Assembly (NCBI GenBank): GCA_963817955.1
Contig: CAWFQK010000005.1
Location: 128,001-192,000, forward strand
Direction of reading: 5' to 3'
Origin: an uncultured Gemmatimonadaceae bacterium
Lineage (GTDB): Bacteria > Gemmatimonadota > Gemmatimonadetes > Gemmatimonadales > Gemmatimonadaceae
Length of the DNA stretch: 64,000 bases
Position numbers and translations under genes: made by a program. Position 1 is the first letter of the stretch. Each line of letters starts with the position of its first letter. Of this stretch, positions 38,041 to 48,456 are shown one piece after another. The notes beneath the pieces are model-generated. The model made no database searches. It saw nothing but the letters and a program-made list of their open reading frames with translations, and was not told where the DNA came from.

Positions 38041-40362
38041 ATGTCTTCCCTCATCCGGTTCGCGGTCGCGGCGCTCGCTGTCGCGTCGGCGGCGCACGCG
38101 CAATCCGTGGGCAGCGTCCACGGCACGATCACCAACGCGCAGACGCACGCCCCGATCATCGGTGCGCGCATCGCCATCGTGACGCCGGAACGTGTCGCGA
38201 TCAGCGGCGCGCACGGCGGCTATACCCTGCGCGACGTTCCCGCCGGCACGTACGTGGTGACGACGACCGCGATGGGCCGCCGCCCGGATACGTCGCGAGT
38301 CACCGTGAACGGGGGCGAGTCGGTCACGCTCGATGTCGCGCTCAATCAGGGATCGCTCATGCTCTCGAGCGTCATCGTTTCGGCGACACGCACGCCGACC
38401 GAGGCGAGCAAGGTGGCGTCGACGGTGAGCGTGCTCACGCCAGAGCACGTACAGGCGAGCCCGGCGCGCGAGGCGCAAGACCTGTTGCGCGAGATCCCGA
38501 GCGTCGAACTGCCGCGTACGAGCAGCCTCGTTGGCGGCACGGCGCAGATCGTATCGATTCGGGGCGTGGACGAAGGGCGCACCGCGGTGCTGTTCGACGG
38601 CGTGCCGGTGAATGATGCGTGGGGCGAGTGGATCGATTGGGGCCGCGTGCCGAAATCGATGCTCGATCGCGTGGAAGTCGTCGAGGGCGGAACGTCGAGC
38701 CTCTACGGCAACGGTGCGATGGGCGGCGTGATCTCGTTCTTCTCGCGGCCACTCTCGCCCGGTGCCGCGGACCTGCAGGTCGACGGCGGCAGCCGCGACG
38801 CGCGCCACATGTACGCGGCGGGCAGCGTGCCGGTGTTCGGCGCGTTGACGGCAAACGTGACCGGAGACTACCAGGAGAAGGGCGGCTACAATATGATCGA
38901 CCCCGCCCATCGTGGACCCATCGACATGACGTCGGACGTGATCCAGCGCAACGCGTACTTGCGGCTCAATTACGCGCCGTCGTCCTCGTGGTCGGCATTC
39001 GCCACGGGCCATCTGTTCGGCGATTCGCGCGGACTCGGGACGCCGCTCACGTTCGCCAACCGCGATCAGCGGAACCTCGACCTCGGACTTACGCACGGCG
39101 AGTCGAGCACCGGCCTGCTCTCCGTGCGCGCGTGGGATGGCCGTCAAATTGAAGACCAGCGGTCGTCGGCCATTCGCTCGGCGACGCTGCGCAATGCGGA
39201 AGACAGCAGCCTCACCGCGGAAATTCCCAGCCACGATTGGGGCGGCTCGGCACAATGGACGCGCGGCGGACTGTTCGGGCTCGAGTCGTTCAGCGTTGGC
39301 GGCGACTATCGCCGCATGAGCGGCGACTACAACGAGGTCGACTTCAGCACGACCTGCCCCGGCGCAAGCTGCGGCTCGGTCGCGCGGCGCGTATCGTCTG
39401 GTGGCGAGCAGAGCCTGAGCGGCGTGTTCGCGCAGGCGATTGCCGCGCCAATCTCTCCGCTCCGCGTGGAGCTGAGCGCGCGGGTGGACCAGTGGAACAA
39501 CGACAACGGCCACTCGCTCGACGCGGCCGCGGGCAATACGACGTATGCGGATAAGCACAAGACGGCGTTCTCGCCGCGACTGGGCGCACGCTACCAGCTC
39601 TTCTCCACCTTCTCGCTGCGCGGCGCGGTGTACAAGGCGTTCCGTGCGCCAAACCTCGCCGAGCTGTACCGCAAGCAGATCAGCACGACGTCGATCACTG
39701 TCCCGAACCCCGACCTCAGCCCCGAGAACGCACTCGGCCGTGAAGCCGGCTTCGACTGGCAACCGCTCGATTGGGTGCAGATGACCGGCACGTACTACGT
39801 CGCCGAGTACAACGACTTCAACGTTCCCGTAACGCTGACGACGAACAAGCCCGCGGCGTGCGGTGCGATCGCGACCTGCCGCGAGCGATTGAACATCAAC
39901 GCATCGCGCAGCCAGGGTGCCGAGAGCTCGATCGCGCTCCGGCCGATCCAGCAGCTCTTCGTCAGCGCGGCCGTGAGCTACGACGACGACCGCCAGCAGT
40001 CCGGCTTGCCGGCCGGGACGACGGACGCGACGAAGCCGCACATCAATCGCGTGCCGTCGCCCAAGCAGACGATCCGCGCATCGTGGACGTCCGCGCTGCT
40101 CGGCGAGTGGACGGCGGTCTGGCGCCACGAAGGCCGGACGACGACGCTCGGCGGATTGGGACTCGACCCGTACACGTTGGTTGACGCCAACGTTCAGCGT
40201 GAGATCGTTTCGGGACTCCGCGCGTTCGTGTCGGTCGAGAACCTTGGCAACGTGCAGTACCAGGTGAACATCGCGGGCGCGGGAACGGCGTCGAATCCGT
40301 ACATCGTGTCGCAGGGTTTGCCGCGGACGGTGAGAGCAGGCGTGGAAGCGTTCAGATTCTAA
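38041..40362 (+). CDS. TonB-dependent receptor
   Basis: Signal peptide, carboxypeptidase-regulatory domain, VIVSATRT, RVEVVEG..SSLYGNGAMGGVI, FRAPNLAELY, terminal F. Confidence 0.93.
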   Translation: MSSLIRFAVAALAVASAAHAQSVGSVHGTITNAQTHAPIIGARIAIVTPERVAISGAHGGYTLRDVPAGTYVVTTTAMGRRPDTSRVTVNGGESVTLDVALNQGSLMLSSVIVSATRTPTEASKVASTVSVLTPEHVQASPAREAQDLLREIPSVELPRTSSLVGGTAQIVSIRGVDEGRTAVLFDGVPVNDAWGEWIDWGRVPKSMLDRVEVVEGGTSSLYGNGAMGGVISFFSRPLSPGAADLQVDGGSRDARHMYAAGSVPVFGALTANVTGDYQEKGGYNMIDPAHRGPIDMTSDVIQRNAYLRLNYAPSSSWSAFATGHLFGDSRGLGTPLTFANRDQRNLDLGLTHGESSTGLLSVRAWDGRQIEDQRSSAIRSATLRNAEDSSLTAEIPSHDWGGSAQWTRGGLFGLESFSVGGDYRRMSGDYNEVDFSTTCPGASCGSVARRVSSGGEQSLSGVFAQAIAAPISPLRVELSARVDQWNNDNGHSLDAAAGNTTYADKHKTAFSPRLGARYQLFSTFSLRGAVYKAFRAPNLAELYRKQISTTSITVPNPDLSPENALGREAGFDWQPLDWVQMTGTYYVAEYNDFNVPVTLTTNKPAACGAIATCRERLNINASRSQGAESSIALRPIQQLFVSAAVSYDDDRQQSGLPAGTTDATKPHINRVPSPKQTIRASWTSALLGEWTAVWRHEGRTTTLGGLGLDPYTLVDANVQREIVSGLRAFVSVENLGNVQYQVNIAGAGTASNPYIVSQGLPRTVRAGVEAFRF

Positions 40363-40407
40363 CTGGCATGGAGTAGCTCGGTCCGAGCAGTTAGCCCGGG
40401 CCGGCCG

Positions 40408-42993
40408 TTACATGGACATCCAGTACGATCCCTTGATCAGGAACACGTTCGCTGGATGTCCGGCCCGCAACTCGGCCAGCCCGGAGGGCATGGCTCGCGC
40501 ACGAGCGGCGTCTTCCTCATCCAACGTCCGCTCCTGCGCCCACACGAAGTAGAGTGTTGAGCCCGGGCGGTACTCCCATCGCACAACGGTGTTGGAGCGG
40601 TACTGTTTGTAGTCGAACGCGCCGGGATCGCCTCCATTGAAGGGCGTGTAGCGGTCGCGCCACTGGTCGGCGCGCGGATCGGCTACCTGCAGCCAGTCGG
40701 AATAGTTGCCACGCGTCGCGAAGGGTGCGGCGTAGATCTGGAGCGACAGGTTGGGTGTCGCGGTCACACCAATGCGCATGGTCAGCGAGCGGCTGGTCTG
40801 GTTCAGGCTTGCCACGGTGTAGTGCGTGGTGTCAACGCCGATCACACCGTAATTGCCGGCGAACTGCGCCGCGTTCACGCTGCGGCCAAAGTTGTACGAC
40901 ACGCTTCCCGTCAAACGGCTCGTCATGCGAAAATCAGCCGACGGTCCGCCATTCCAGCCGTACGAGCGGCCGCCATCGCCGCGATTCCAGTTGGCATTCA
41001 GGTACGGAATGAGCGGCCACCGCGGATCGCCCTGGAGCGACATCCAGCCCCAGTTCGACGGCTCCTGACGCACCGCGGGTCCGCCGCGTGTGCAGAGGTC
41101 GCAGTACGACGTTCCCGCGGCGTTCACTCCTTCGCCGGCGTGCAGCCACATGCTGTTCTTGAATTCCAAGTGGGCATTCACGTTGCCGCCAAGGTCGAGA
41201 CGTGTGCCGTCCCACGACCAGTTCGTCCACTGGTTGAGGTTCACGCTCCAGGAGCGGTAGCCGGCGGCCGGGGTGTTTTTATGAAACTGGAACCAGAGGA
41301 ACTGGTTCCTGGCGTTGGCACGCGACAGGAACCCCACATCGTTGACCTCGAATCCGGGCGACAACAACTGGTAGCCGGTGCTGAACAGCGTCGAACCGCC
41401 GCCACGCTTCGCGAGCATGATCTGCGCCGAATAGCCGTCGAGACTCGTCCGCGTCGAATCAAAGGCGATGTTGTCGTCGGGACGCTGGTAGTTGTGGACC
41501 CCGCTGAGCTGCGTGAGCGCGATCGCGCCCGGGGAGCCCTGCACCAGGCTGTGGGCGTAGTAACCCGACAGCTCGAAGTTGCGTTGCAGGAACTGATGGC
41601 GGAAATCGAGTCCGCCCGCGTACGCATTCGATCGCAGATAGTCGCGCGACCACTCGTCGAGGTTGCGACGGACGCTCGTGACCATGACGCCAACGCCGCT
41701 CGCGCCCTGGCGGAAGTCGCGTTGCAAGCGCCCCACGAAGTAGTTCGTCTGCGGCTCGATCGTCTGGTTGCCCGGCGCGATCTCGCGCTGCGTGACCGCG
41801 TCGAGCACGCCCACCGACACGCCATTGCTCAACCGGCCCGTCAACTTGGTCGCCCCAAGGATGGTGGAGGACATGGCGTTCGACGGATCGGCGTACGTGC
41901 CGGCGAGCTGCGGGCTCCGACCAATGCGGCGCGAGTAGAACAACCCGGAGCACTGGTTGTCGCTGCAGTTGAGATCGAAACGAAACAGCCCCTGTCCCTC
42001 GAGGAAGAACGGGCGCTGCTCGGGAAAGAACGTCTCGAATGCCGACAGGTTGAGCACCGACGGATCGGCCTCCACCTGGCCGAAGTCCGGGTTCACCGTT
42101 GCGTCCACGGTGAGGTTGGAGGTGACGCCGTACTTCACGTCCGCTCCCATCGTTGCTTGGCTGCGCTGTGACCAGCCGATGGTTGCTGGCGCGTTGAAGG
42201 TCTTCGCGACGCTGTACGGTGCGACCTCGAGCCGCCGCGGCGACGTGATCCCGTCAATGCCCTCGAGATCGCCGAGTTGTGAGGACAACGCATTCTTCCC
42301 GCGCGAGTAGACAGGCCACGAGTAGCGTTCGTTGAATCGCGCCACATCGCGCCAGATGCCGAACCCGAAGGTGTGCGTGGAGCCGCCGGCGAACCGCAGT
42401 TGATTCAACGGGACACGGTATTCGGCAACCCAGCCAAGCGAATCGATGCGTGTCGCGACCTCCCACACGCCGTCCCACGACCCGTCCTCCTCGACGTCGT
42501 TGAGCATGGCATAGTCGCGCTTGACGCCCACCGGATTGACGGCAAGCTCGACGCCCGTTCGCCGGTCGTGGTAGCCGTCGATCATGATCTTCAGCCAATC
42601 CGATTGGGTGCGAACGTCGTGACGGCTGAGCAGCGCCACGATACTGTCGGGGTGCGGGTCGAAGGCGCGCACCAGCACATAGAGATTGTGCTCGTCATAG
42701 GCGACGCGGGCTTCGGTACGGAAGCGCGGGTCGCCATTCTCCACGGGACTGAAGCTCCGGAAGGCATCTATGACTTGGGCGGTGGCCCACACGGCGTCGT
42801 CCCCCTTCCCGTCGATCACCGGCGGCTTGACGGCATGCGCGGCCACCGCAATGGTTGCCGAGCTCACACGCGACACCGGCGGCGGTGCGGCGCCGGTTCC
42901 CATGGTGACAATCTCTTGCTGAGCGGCCAGCACGGAGGGGGCAAAGCACAGAACAGCGGCGAGGCCGCGAACGAGGCGGGGCGAGAGGGGCAT
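40408..42993 (-). CDS. CBM9-like sugar-binding domain plus DUF5916 outer-membrane barrel protein
   Basis: PVIDG..DD.VW, TVNPDFGQVEAD, EQRPFFLEG, FYSRRIG, RWEYRPGSTLY, KGSYW. Confidence 0.88.
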   Translation of the reverse strand: MPLSPRLVRGLAAVLCFAPSVLAAQQEIVTMGTGAAPPPVSRVSSATIAVAAHAVKPPVIDGKGDDAVWATAQVIDAFRSFSPVENGDPRFRTEARVAYDEHNLYVLVRAFDPHPDSIVALLSRHDVRTQSDWLKIMIDGYHDRRTGVELAVNPVGVKRDYAMLNDVEEDGSWDGVWEVATRIDSLGWVAEYRVPLNQLRFAGGSTHTFGFGIWRDVARFNERYSWPVYSRGKNALSSQLGDLEGIDGITSPRRLEVAPYSVAKTFNAPATIGWSQRSQATMGADVKYGVTSNLTVDATVNPDFGQVEADPSVLNLSAFETFFPEQRPFFLEGQGLFRFDLNCSDNQCSGLFYSRRIGRSPQLAGTYADPSNAMSSTILGATKLTGRLSNGVSVGVLDAVTQREIAPGNQTIEPQTNYFVGRLQRDFRQGASGVGVMVTSVRRNLDEWSRDYLRSNAYAGGLDFRHQFLQRNFELSGYYAHSLVQGSPGAIALTQLSGVHNYQRPDDNIAFDSTRTSLDGYSAQIMLAKRGGGSTLFSTGYQLLSPGFEVNDVGFLSRANARNQFLWFQFHKNTPAAGYRSWSVNLNQWTNWSWDGTRLDLGGNVNAHLEFKNSMWLHAGEGVNAAGTSYCDLCTRGGPAVRQEPSNWGWMSLQGDPRWPLIPYLNANWNRGDGGRSYGWNGGPSADFRMTSRLTGSVSYNFGRSVNAAQFAGNYGVIGVDTTHYTVASLNQTSRSLTMRIGVTATPNLSLQIYAAPFATRGNYSDWLQVADPRADQWRDRYTPFNGGDPGAFDYKQYRSNTVVRWEYRPGSTLYFVWAQERTLDEEDAARARAMPSGLAELRAGHPANVFLIKGSYWMSM

Positions 42994-43054
42994 GACCCTG
43001 AGACACCGGGCGGGGCGGAATGGTTGGGAGATGGGACACGGGACAACGGGAGCC

Positions 43055-43082
43055 TGTCATCCTGAGCGAAGCGAAGGATCTC
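43055..43082 (+). repeat. REP-like intergenic repeat, copy 2
   Basis: TGTCATCCTGAGCGAAGCGAAGGATCTC, preceded by GGGACAC-GGGACAAC heptamers. Confidence 0.82.
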
Positions 43083-43099
43083 TGTGAGAGATAGAACAG

Positions 43100-43347
43100 C
43101 TTTTTAACGCGGAGGACGCAGAGAACTGCAGGAGAACTGCAGAGGACCGTGAAGGATTGTCTCGCCTGGGAGTCTTGGATGATGCCGTCGTGACGCTCGG
43201 AGTCGCGCAGCCGAGAGATGGGATCATCTGAGTGATGGGATCAAGAGATGGGATCATCCGACTGGTGAATTGCCTCTCGCGTTCCACCTCCAGACGCTTC
43301 CCTCTTGCAGTTCTCTTGCAGTTCTCTGCGTCCTCTGCGTTAAAAAG
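43100..43347. mobile_element. MITE-like relic with ~45-bp imperfect inverted ends and a probable GxxExxY gene remnant
   Basis: CTTTTTAACGCGGAGGACGCAGAGAACTGCAGGAGAACTGCA pairs with TGCAGTTCTCTTGCAGTTCTCTGCGTCCTCTGCGTTAAAAAG; the interior encodes RDGIIRLVN. Confidence 0.7.
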
Positions 43348-43477
43348 ACGGCAACGGACACGGCCACGATCCCCAACAACGCTCGCCCCACGCCGCCCGT
43401 TATTATCAGAGGCGTCGCGCACCCCCCGCGCGACTGACTACACGCTCCTGAGTACACATCACGTCAATGGAGGCGGG

Positions 43478-45286
43478 ATGACCCTGCGGTCGCGGACTAT
43501 CGTATCGACCCTCGCCATCCTCTGCGCGGCCGGCGCCGCGCAGGCGCAACGCAACAAGAAAGACGTGCAGGAATTCACGAAGCAGGGGCTGGTCATCGTG
43601 AATTTCACGCCGGGCACTAGCGCCGATTTCCGGCTCGGGCGGAAGGCGGCCGATGCCGTCCGCGGGCGGGTCGACAAGTTGGTCAATCATCGCGAGGTGG
43701 AGGTCGTCGACGGCGGAGAGGTTCGCTACCAGCTCGAGAAGGCCGGCTACAATCCCGACACCGCCTACGGCGCGAGCGGGATCCGCGCGATTGGCCGGTT
43801 CATGCGCGCCGACGAATTCGTCATCGCGTCGGTGTCGAATCAGGGCGGGGTGTTTCGCCTGAGCGGTCAGCTCGCGCTGCTCCGCGACGAGAAGCTGCGT
43901 CAACCGCTGCCGGACGCCACGTCGCCAAAGTTGGACTCCGCCGCGCAACTGTTCGCGCGGTCGCTCGCCGGCGCACGTTCCCAACTCGTCTATGAGCGCC
44001 GGTGCGAGAACGCGCTGCGTGAAGGTAGTGCGGCGCGCGCGATCGCAGCCGCACGCGAGGGCATTGCGGCGTTCCCGATGTCGACGATCGCGCGCACCTG
44101 TCTCGTGTGGGCTTTGCGCCAGAACGGCACGCCCGCGACCGAGGTGCTCGCCGTGGCACGCGAGATCCTGGCCGTCGATTCGATCAGTACGCACGCCATC
44201 GAAGCCGCTGCCGTTTCGCTCGACTCGCTCAAGCGCCGAGACGAGGCCGCGGACATGTGGTTCCGCCTCGCGGCCACGGATTCGTCGGACATGGGCGTCG
44301 CCACGCGCGTGATATACTCGCTCCTCGATGGCGGCAATGCTCGGCGCGCAGAACCATATGTCGACCGACTGTCCGCGGAGCATCCCGACGACATACAGTT
44401 GCTGCGCCAAGCGTGGCGTGCGGCATATGAAACGAAGCACTGGACGCACGCCATCGCCGCGGGTGAAGCGCTGCTGGCACGCGATTCAGTGGCACGCTCC
44501 GATTCCGTGTTCTATCTGCGGCTGGCGACCGCCTATCACTCCGGCAACAAACCATACAAGGCCATCGAGACGCTGGCGCACGGCGTGGGGTCGTTCCCCA
44601 ATGACAGCCGGCTCTATTCCCTGTACACGCAATACATCAGGGCCGAGGCAGACACAGTCGTTCCGCGCGGAATCGCGCTGTTTCCACGAAGTGCCGACCT
44701 CGTCGCGATCAACGCGAAGGATCTCCGCGCGCGCGGCAAGATCGCGGAGTCGCTCGACGCCACCAAACAGGCCGTGGCGCTGGACTCGACGATGACGCAG
44801 GGACGACTGATGGTGGCACAGCTCGAGATAGAACTCGGCCGGCCCGACACCGCGCTCGCCACGTTGCACGTAGCCGTAGCCGGCGGCGAGGATCGGACGC
44901 TCGTCTCGCAGTTCGCGCTGTCGAAGGGCAACACGCTCTATCGCGCAGCCAATGCGACGAAGAGCTCGGCTGATTTCAGTCTGGCTCTGCGCTTCCTGAA
45001 CTACTCCGACTCGCTGCTGTCCACCCCGCAGTCAAAGTTCCTGTCGGGCGCTGCCGCACTCGGCGTTGCCCAGTCGGCCCTGACCGAAGCATCGAAGACA
45101 AAAGACAAGACGGAGGGATGCCGACTCTCTCAACTCGGTTCGGACATGCTGCCGACGGCGCGCAGCGGATTGCAGGCCGGTCAGGAGATGTTCGGCGATG
45201 CGGCAAAGCAATCGCTGGATTATCTCGAGCAATTCGAGCCGTACGTTCGGCAGGCGCTGGCGGGCTACTGCAAAGCGGGGATCTAA
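43478..45286 (+). CDS. Exported TPR-like alpha-helical repeat protein
   Basis: GGAGG RBS, signal peptide, repeated TPR-like helices. Confidence 0.78.
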   Translation: MTLRSRTIVSTLAILCAAGAAQAQRNKKDVQEFTKQGLVIVNFTPGTSADFRLGRKAADAVRGRVDKLVNHREVEVVDGGEVRYQLEKAGYNPDTAYGASGIRAIGRFMRADEFVIASVSNQGGVFRLSGQLALLRDEKLRQPLPDATSPKLDSAAQLFARSLAGARSQLVYERRCENALREGSAARAIAAAREGIAAFPMSTIARTCLVWALRQNGTPATEVLAVAREILAVDSISTHAIEAAAVSLDSLKRRDEAADMWFRLAATDSSDMGVATRVIYSLLDGGNARRAEPYVDRLSAEHPDDIQLLRQAWRAAYETKHWTHAIAAGEALLARDSVARSDSVFYLRLATAYHSGNKPYKAIETLAHGVGSFPNDSRLYSLYTQYIRAEADTVVPRGIALFPRSADLVAINAKDLRARGKIAESLDATKQAVALDSTMTQGRLMVAQLEIELGRPDTALATLHVAVAGGEDRTLVSQFALSKGNTLYRAANATKSSADFSLALRFLNYSDSLLSTPQSKFLSGAAALGVAQSALTEASKTKDKTEGCRLSQLGSDMLPTARSGLQAGQEMFGDAAKQSLDYLEQFEPYVRQALAGYCKAGI

Positions 45287-45331
45287 TGGGCGCGTCGTGA
45301 AACATTGGAGTAAGTTTTCAATGTCCAGCGC

Positions 45332-46522
45332 ATGGAGCCCCTGGTGTCCCAATCCGGCGATGTCGAGAAGGAAACGGAATCGATAGCGCAACAACTGGCA
45401 GCGTTCGCTTCCGGGCTGTACCAGCCGGATGTTACGATCAGCACGTTCCTGGACTCCCTTGCTGAAGCCGTCATTGTCGTAAACAAATTTGGAACGGTAC
45501 TGTTCGTCAATGCTCGGACGGAGGCGATGTTCGGGTACGAACGAAGGGACATGGTTGGAAAGCCCCATGACATGATCCTTCCTCAACGCGTGCGCGATAT
45601 TCACAAGACGCACATGGCGGGGTTCTTTGCCGCCCCCAGAATACGACCGATGGGTGTGGGGCTCGAGCTCGCCGGACTGCGCCGGGATGGAACCGAGTTT
45701 CCTGTTGAGATCAGCCTGAGCTTTGTCCAGACGGCCGACGACCTGTTCGTGGTAGCCTTCGTCAGCGACATCACACTTCGCAAACAAGCTGATCGAATGC
45801 TCCATGACCGGAATCAGGAGCTCGAGGCGTTCGCCCACACCTTGGCCCACGATATCAAGAACTCCGTGGGGGTGATGACGGGGTTCGGTAGGCTTCTCGA
45901 CGGTTCGATCGGGGAATTGGCGCCAGACGAGATGGCTGATGCGGCACAGCGCATGGTCAAGACCGGCGAGAAGCTCAGCCACATCGTCGACGGGCTACTG
46001 CTGTTTGCCACGATCGGCAGGGATGACATCAGCGTGAAACCACTCGCGATGTCGCCGATCGTCGCTTCGGCAATCGAGCGTGTCCGCGGTGTGAGCGAGG
46101 AACGGCAAGCCGAGATCGTCAAGCCCGACGCATTTCCAGCCGCGCTTGGATATGAGAGCTGGGTGGAAGAAATCTGGTTCAACTACATCAGCAACGCGGT
46201 CAAGTATGGCGGGACACCGCCAAGGATCGAACTCGGCGGGGCGGAGCGCGAAGACGGTTGTGCGACGTTCTGGGTCAAGGACAACGGGCCTGGGATCGAT
46301 CCCGGGCAACAGGCCGACATCTTTGAGAGCTACAAGTCACGCAAGGAGAAGTCGCAGCAGGGGTATGGTTTAGGATTGTCGATAGTAAAACGTATAGTTG
46401 AGAAGCTCAATGGAACGGTCGACGTCCAGAACGCACCGGGGGGCGGCGGCCTGTTTTCCTTCAGCCTTCCTCTTGCGATGACGCGGCCGGTGGATTGCGC
46501 TCCAGGGACGCAGGCCTATTAG
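45332..46522 (+). CDS. Cytoplasmic PAS sensor histidine kinase (orphan)
   Basis: PAS/PAC (RRDGTEFPVEISLS), AHDIKN, NYISNAVKY, DNGPGI, GYGLGLSIV. Confidence 0.9.
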   Translation: MEPLVSQSGDVEKETESIAQQLAAFASGLYQPDVTISTFLDSLAEAVIVVNKFGTVLFVNARTEAMFGYERRDMVGKPHDMILPQRVRDIHKTHMAGFFAAPRIRPMGVGLELAGLRRDGTEFPVEISLSFVQTADDLFVVAFVSDITLRKQADRMLHDRNQELEAFAHTLAHDIKNSVGVMTGFGRLLDGSIGELAPDEMADAAQRMVKTGEKLSHIVDGLLLFATIGRDDISVKPLAMSPIVASAIERVRGVSEERQAEIVKPDAFPAALGYESWVEEIWFNYISNAVKYGGTPPRIELGGAEREDGCATFWVKDNGPGIDPGQQADIFESYKSRKEKSQQGYGLGLSIVKRIVEKLNGTVDVQNAPGGGGLFSFSLPLAMTRPVDCAPGTQAY

Positions 46523-46533
46523 TAGAGCGCGTC

Positions 46534-48456
46534 CTACCGCGTTCCAACCCCGGCGAGATGATCCGACGTCTGCGACAATCCCGCGCCCTCGGCGTGTTCA
46601 TCCTCGATCGGGTTGATGATTCCGGTCTCCAGCCAGGCGTGATCGCCCCGCATGACTTGTTGCGCCACGCCGTACATCTGCGCGTCGTAGCTGCCATAGA
46701 AGTCCTCGAATAGCCGCTCCACGCGCACCCGCGCCGCGCGGCAAAAGAGATCGGCCAGCGTCGCGGCCTCTTCGTTCCCCTGCTTGAGCAGCATGCGCGC
46801 GCGCACGCAGGAGGCCGCGATGGCGAACAACTCGGACCCGATGTCCACGGCACGGAACAATACGAGTTGGCGCCGCTCGAGCTTGGGGCCGAGTCGGACC
46901 ATGGCGTGGAAGATTGCGCGGCCCAGCTTGCGCGTGTGTCGCTCGGCAAATCGCATGTGTTTCGCCAATGGGCCGAACTCGCCGAAGGTGCCGGGCAACT
47001 GGCCCTTCCCTACCCAGCGGCTGGGATACCACGCAGGATAGAACTTCAACACGCGGCGGAGTGCTGCCGTCTTCTCGCGCTTGGACGCTTCCTTGTCCAC
47101 CAACGCGAATGCCGTCTTGAAGTGGTAGTCCACTGCTTCGCGGGCAATGAACAGGCGCATGATCTCCGACGAACCCTCGAAGATCAGATTGATGCGCGAA
47201 TCGCGCATGATACGCTCGATCGGGATGGGGCGTTCGCCGCGGGCGCGGAGCGAGTCGGCGGTCTCATAGCCTCGTCCGCCACGGATCTGCAGCGCATCGT
47301 CCACAATGCGCCATCCGTGCTCCGAGTTGTACATCTTGGCAATCGCCGCCTCCAGGCGAATGTCATAGTGTCCTCGCTCGGCGAGTCCAACAGCAAGCCC
47401 GGCGATCGATTCCATGGCATACGTGTTCGCCGCCATCATGGCGACCTTCTGCGCCACTGCTTCGTGCTTGCCGATTGGCGCACCCCACTGCACACGCTCG
47501 CTGGCCCACGTGCGCGACGCTTGGAGCAGCGCCTTGCTGCCCCCCGCGACGCTGGCCGGCAGGGTGAGCCGCCCGGTGTTCAACGTGATGAGCGCGAGCT
47601 TGAGGCCCTTGCCCTCGCCCCACAAGATGTTCTCGCGCGGCACGCGCACGTTCGTGAACCGCAGGACGCCGTTCTCGAGGGCCTTGAGACCCATGAACCG
47701 ACAGCGGTGCACCACCTCGAAGCCGGGCGACGATGCTTCGACGATGAACGCCGTGATCTGCTTGCGCGACTTGCCGTTCACGACCACATCCGGCGTGCGC
47801 GCCATGACCACGAGCAGCTCGGCGCGTGTGCCGTTCGTACACCAGAGTTTCTCGCCGTTCAACGTGAAGTACTTACCGTCGGGGCTTGGCTCGGCGGACG
47901 TATGCATGTTTGCCGGATCGGAGCCCGCGTCGACCTCGGTGAGCGCGAACGCACTGATGGCGCCCTTCGCGAGGCGCGGAAAGAACTTCCGTTTCTGCTC
48001 CGGCGTGCCGAACAATTTCAACGGCTGCGGTAATCCAATGGATTGATGGGCCGAGAGCAGCGCGGTGAGCGAGCCGTCCTTCGAGGTCACCATCGCCATT
48101 GCTTTGACGTAGCTCGCGTACGACAAGCCGAGGCCACCGTACTCCGTGGGAATCTTGATCCCGAACGCGCCCATGTCGCGCAGCTCCTGCACATACGGCT
48201 CGGGAATCTCACCGGTACGATCGATCATGTCCGAATCGACACGCTCCAGGAAGGCGGCGAGCGTGTCCAGGAAGGGCTGCGCGCGCGCTGCGTCGTCGGC
48301 GTCCTCCTCCGGATGCGGATGAATGAGATCGAGCCGGAATCGGCCGAGGAACAGCTCGCGGACGAAACTCGGTCCCGACCATTCGCTCTCGCGGGCGGCT
48401 TCAGCGACGTCGCGGGCTTCCTTCTCGGAAGCGAGGCCAGCCGATTGCTGTGACAT
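46534..48456 (-). CDS. Acyl-CoA dehydrogenase (VLCAD/ACAD9-like)
   Basis: AHQSIG, AFALTE..AGSD, LNGEKLWCTNG, LNTGRL, GGRGY, RINLIFEGSSEI. Confidence 0.95.
   Translation of the reverse strand: MSQQSAGLASEKEARDVAEAARESEWSGPSFVRELFLGRFRLDLIHPHPEEDADDAARAQPFLDTLAAFLERVDSDMIDRTGEIPEPYVQELRDMGAFGIKIPTEYGGLGLSYASYVKAMAMVTSKDGSLTALLSAHQSIGLPQPLKLFGTPEQKRKFFPRLAKGAISAFALTEVDAGSDPANMHTSAEPSPDGKYFTLNGEKLWCTNGTRAELLVVMARTPDVVVNGKSRKQITAFIVEASSPGFEVVHRCRFMGLKALENGVLRFTNVRVPRENILWGEGKGLKLALITLNTGRLTLPASVAGGSKALLQASRTWASERVQWGAPIGKHEAVAQKVAMMAANTYAMESIAGLAVGLAERGHYDIRLEAAIAKMYNSEHGWRIVDDALQIRGGRGYETADSLRARGERPIPIERIMRDSRINLIFEGSSEIMRLFIAREAVDYHFKTAFALVDKEASKREKTAALRRVLKFYPAWYPSRWVGKGQLPGTFGEFGPLAKHMRFAERHTRKLGRAIFHAMVRLGPKLERRQLVLFRAVDIGSELFAIAASCVRARMLLKQGNEEAATLADLFCRAARVRVERLFEDFYGSYDAQMYGVAQQVMRGDHAWLETGIINPIEDEHAEGAGLSQTSDHLAGVGTR

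Noticed and set aside
43232..43477. N-terminal extension of the TPR-like gene
   Set aside because: It runs through the inverted-repeat relic; the RBS and signal peptide support ATG 43478.
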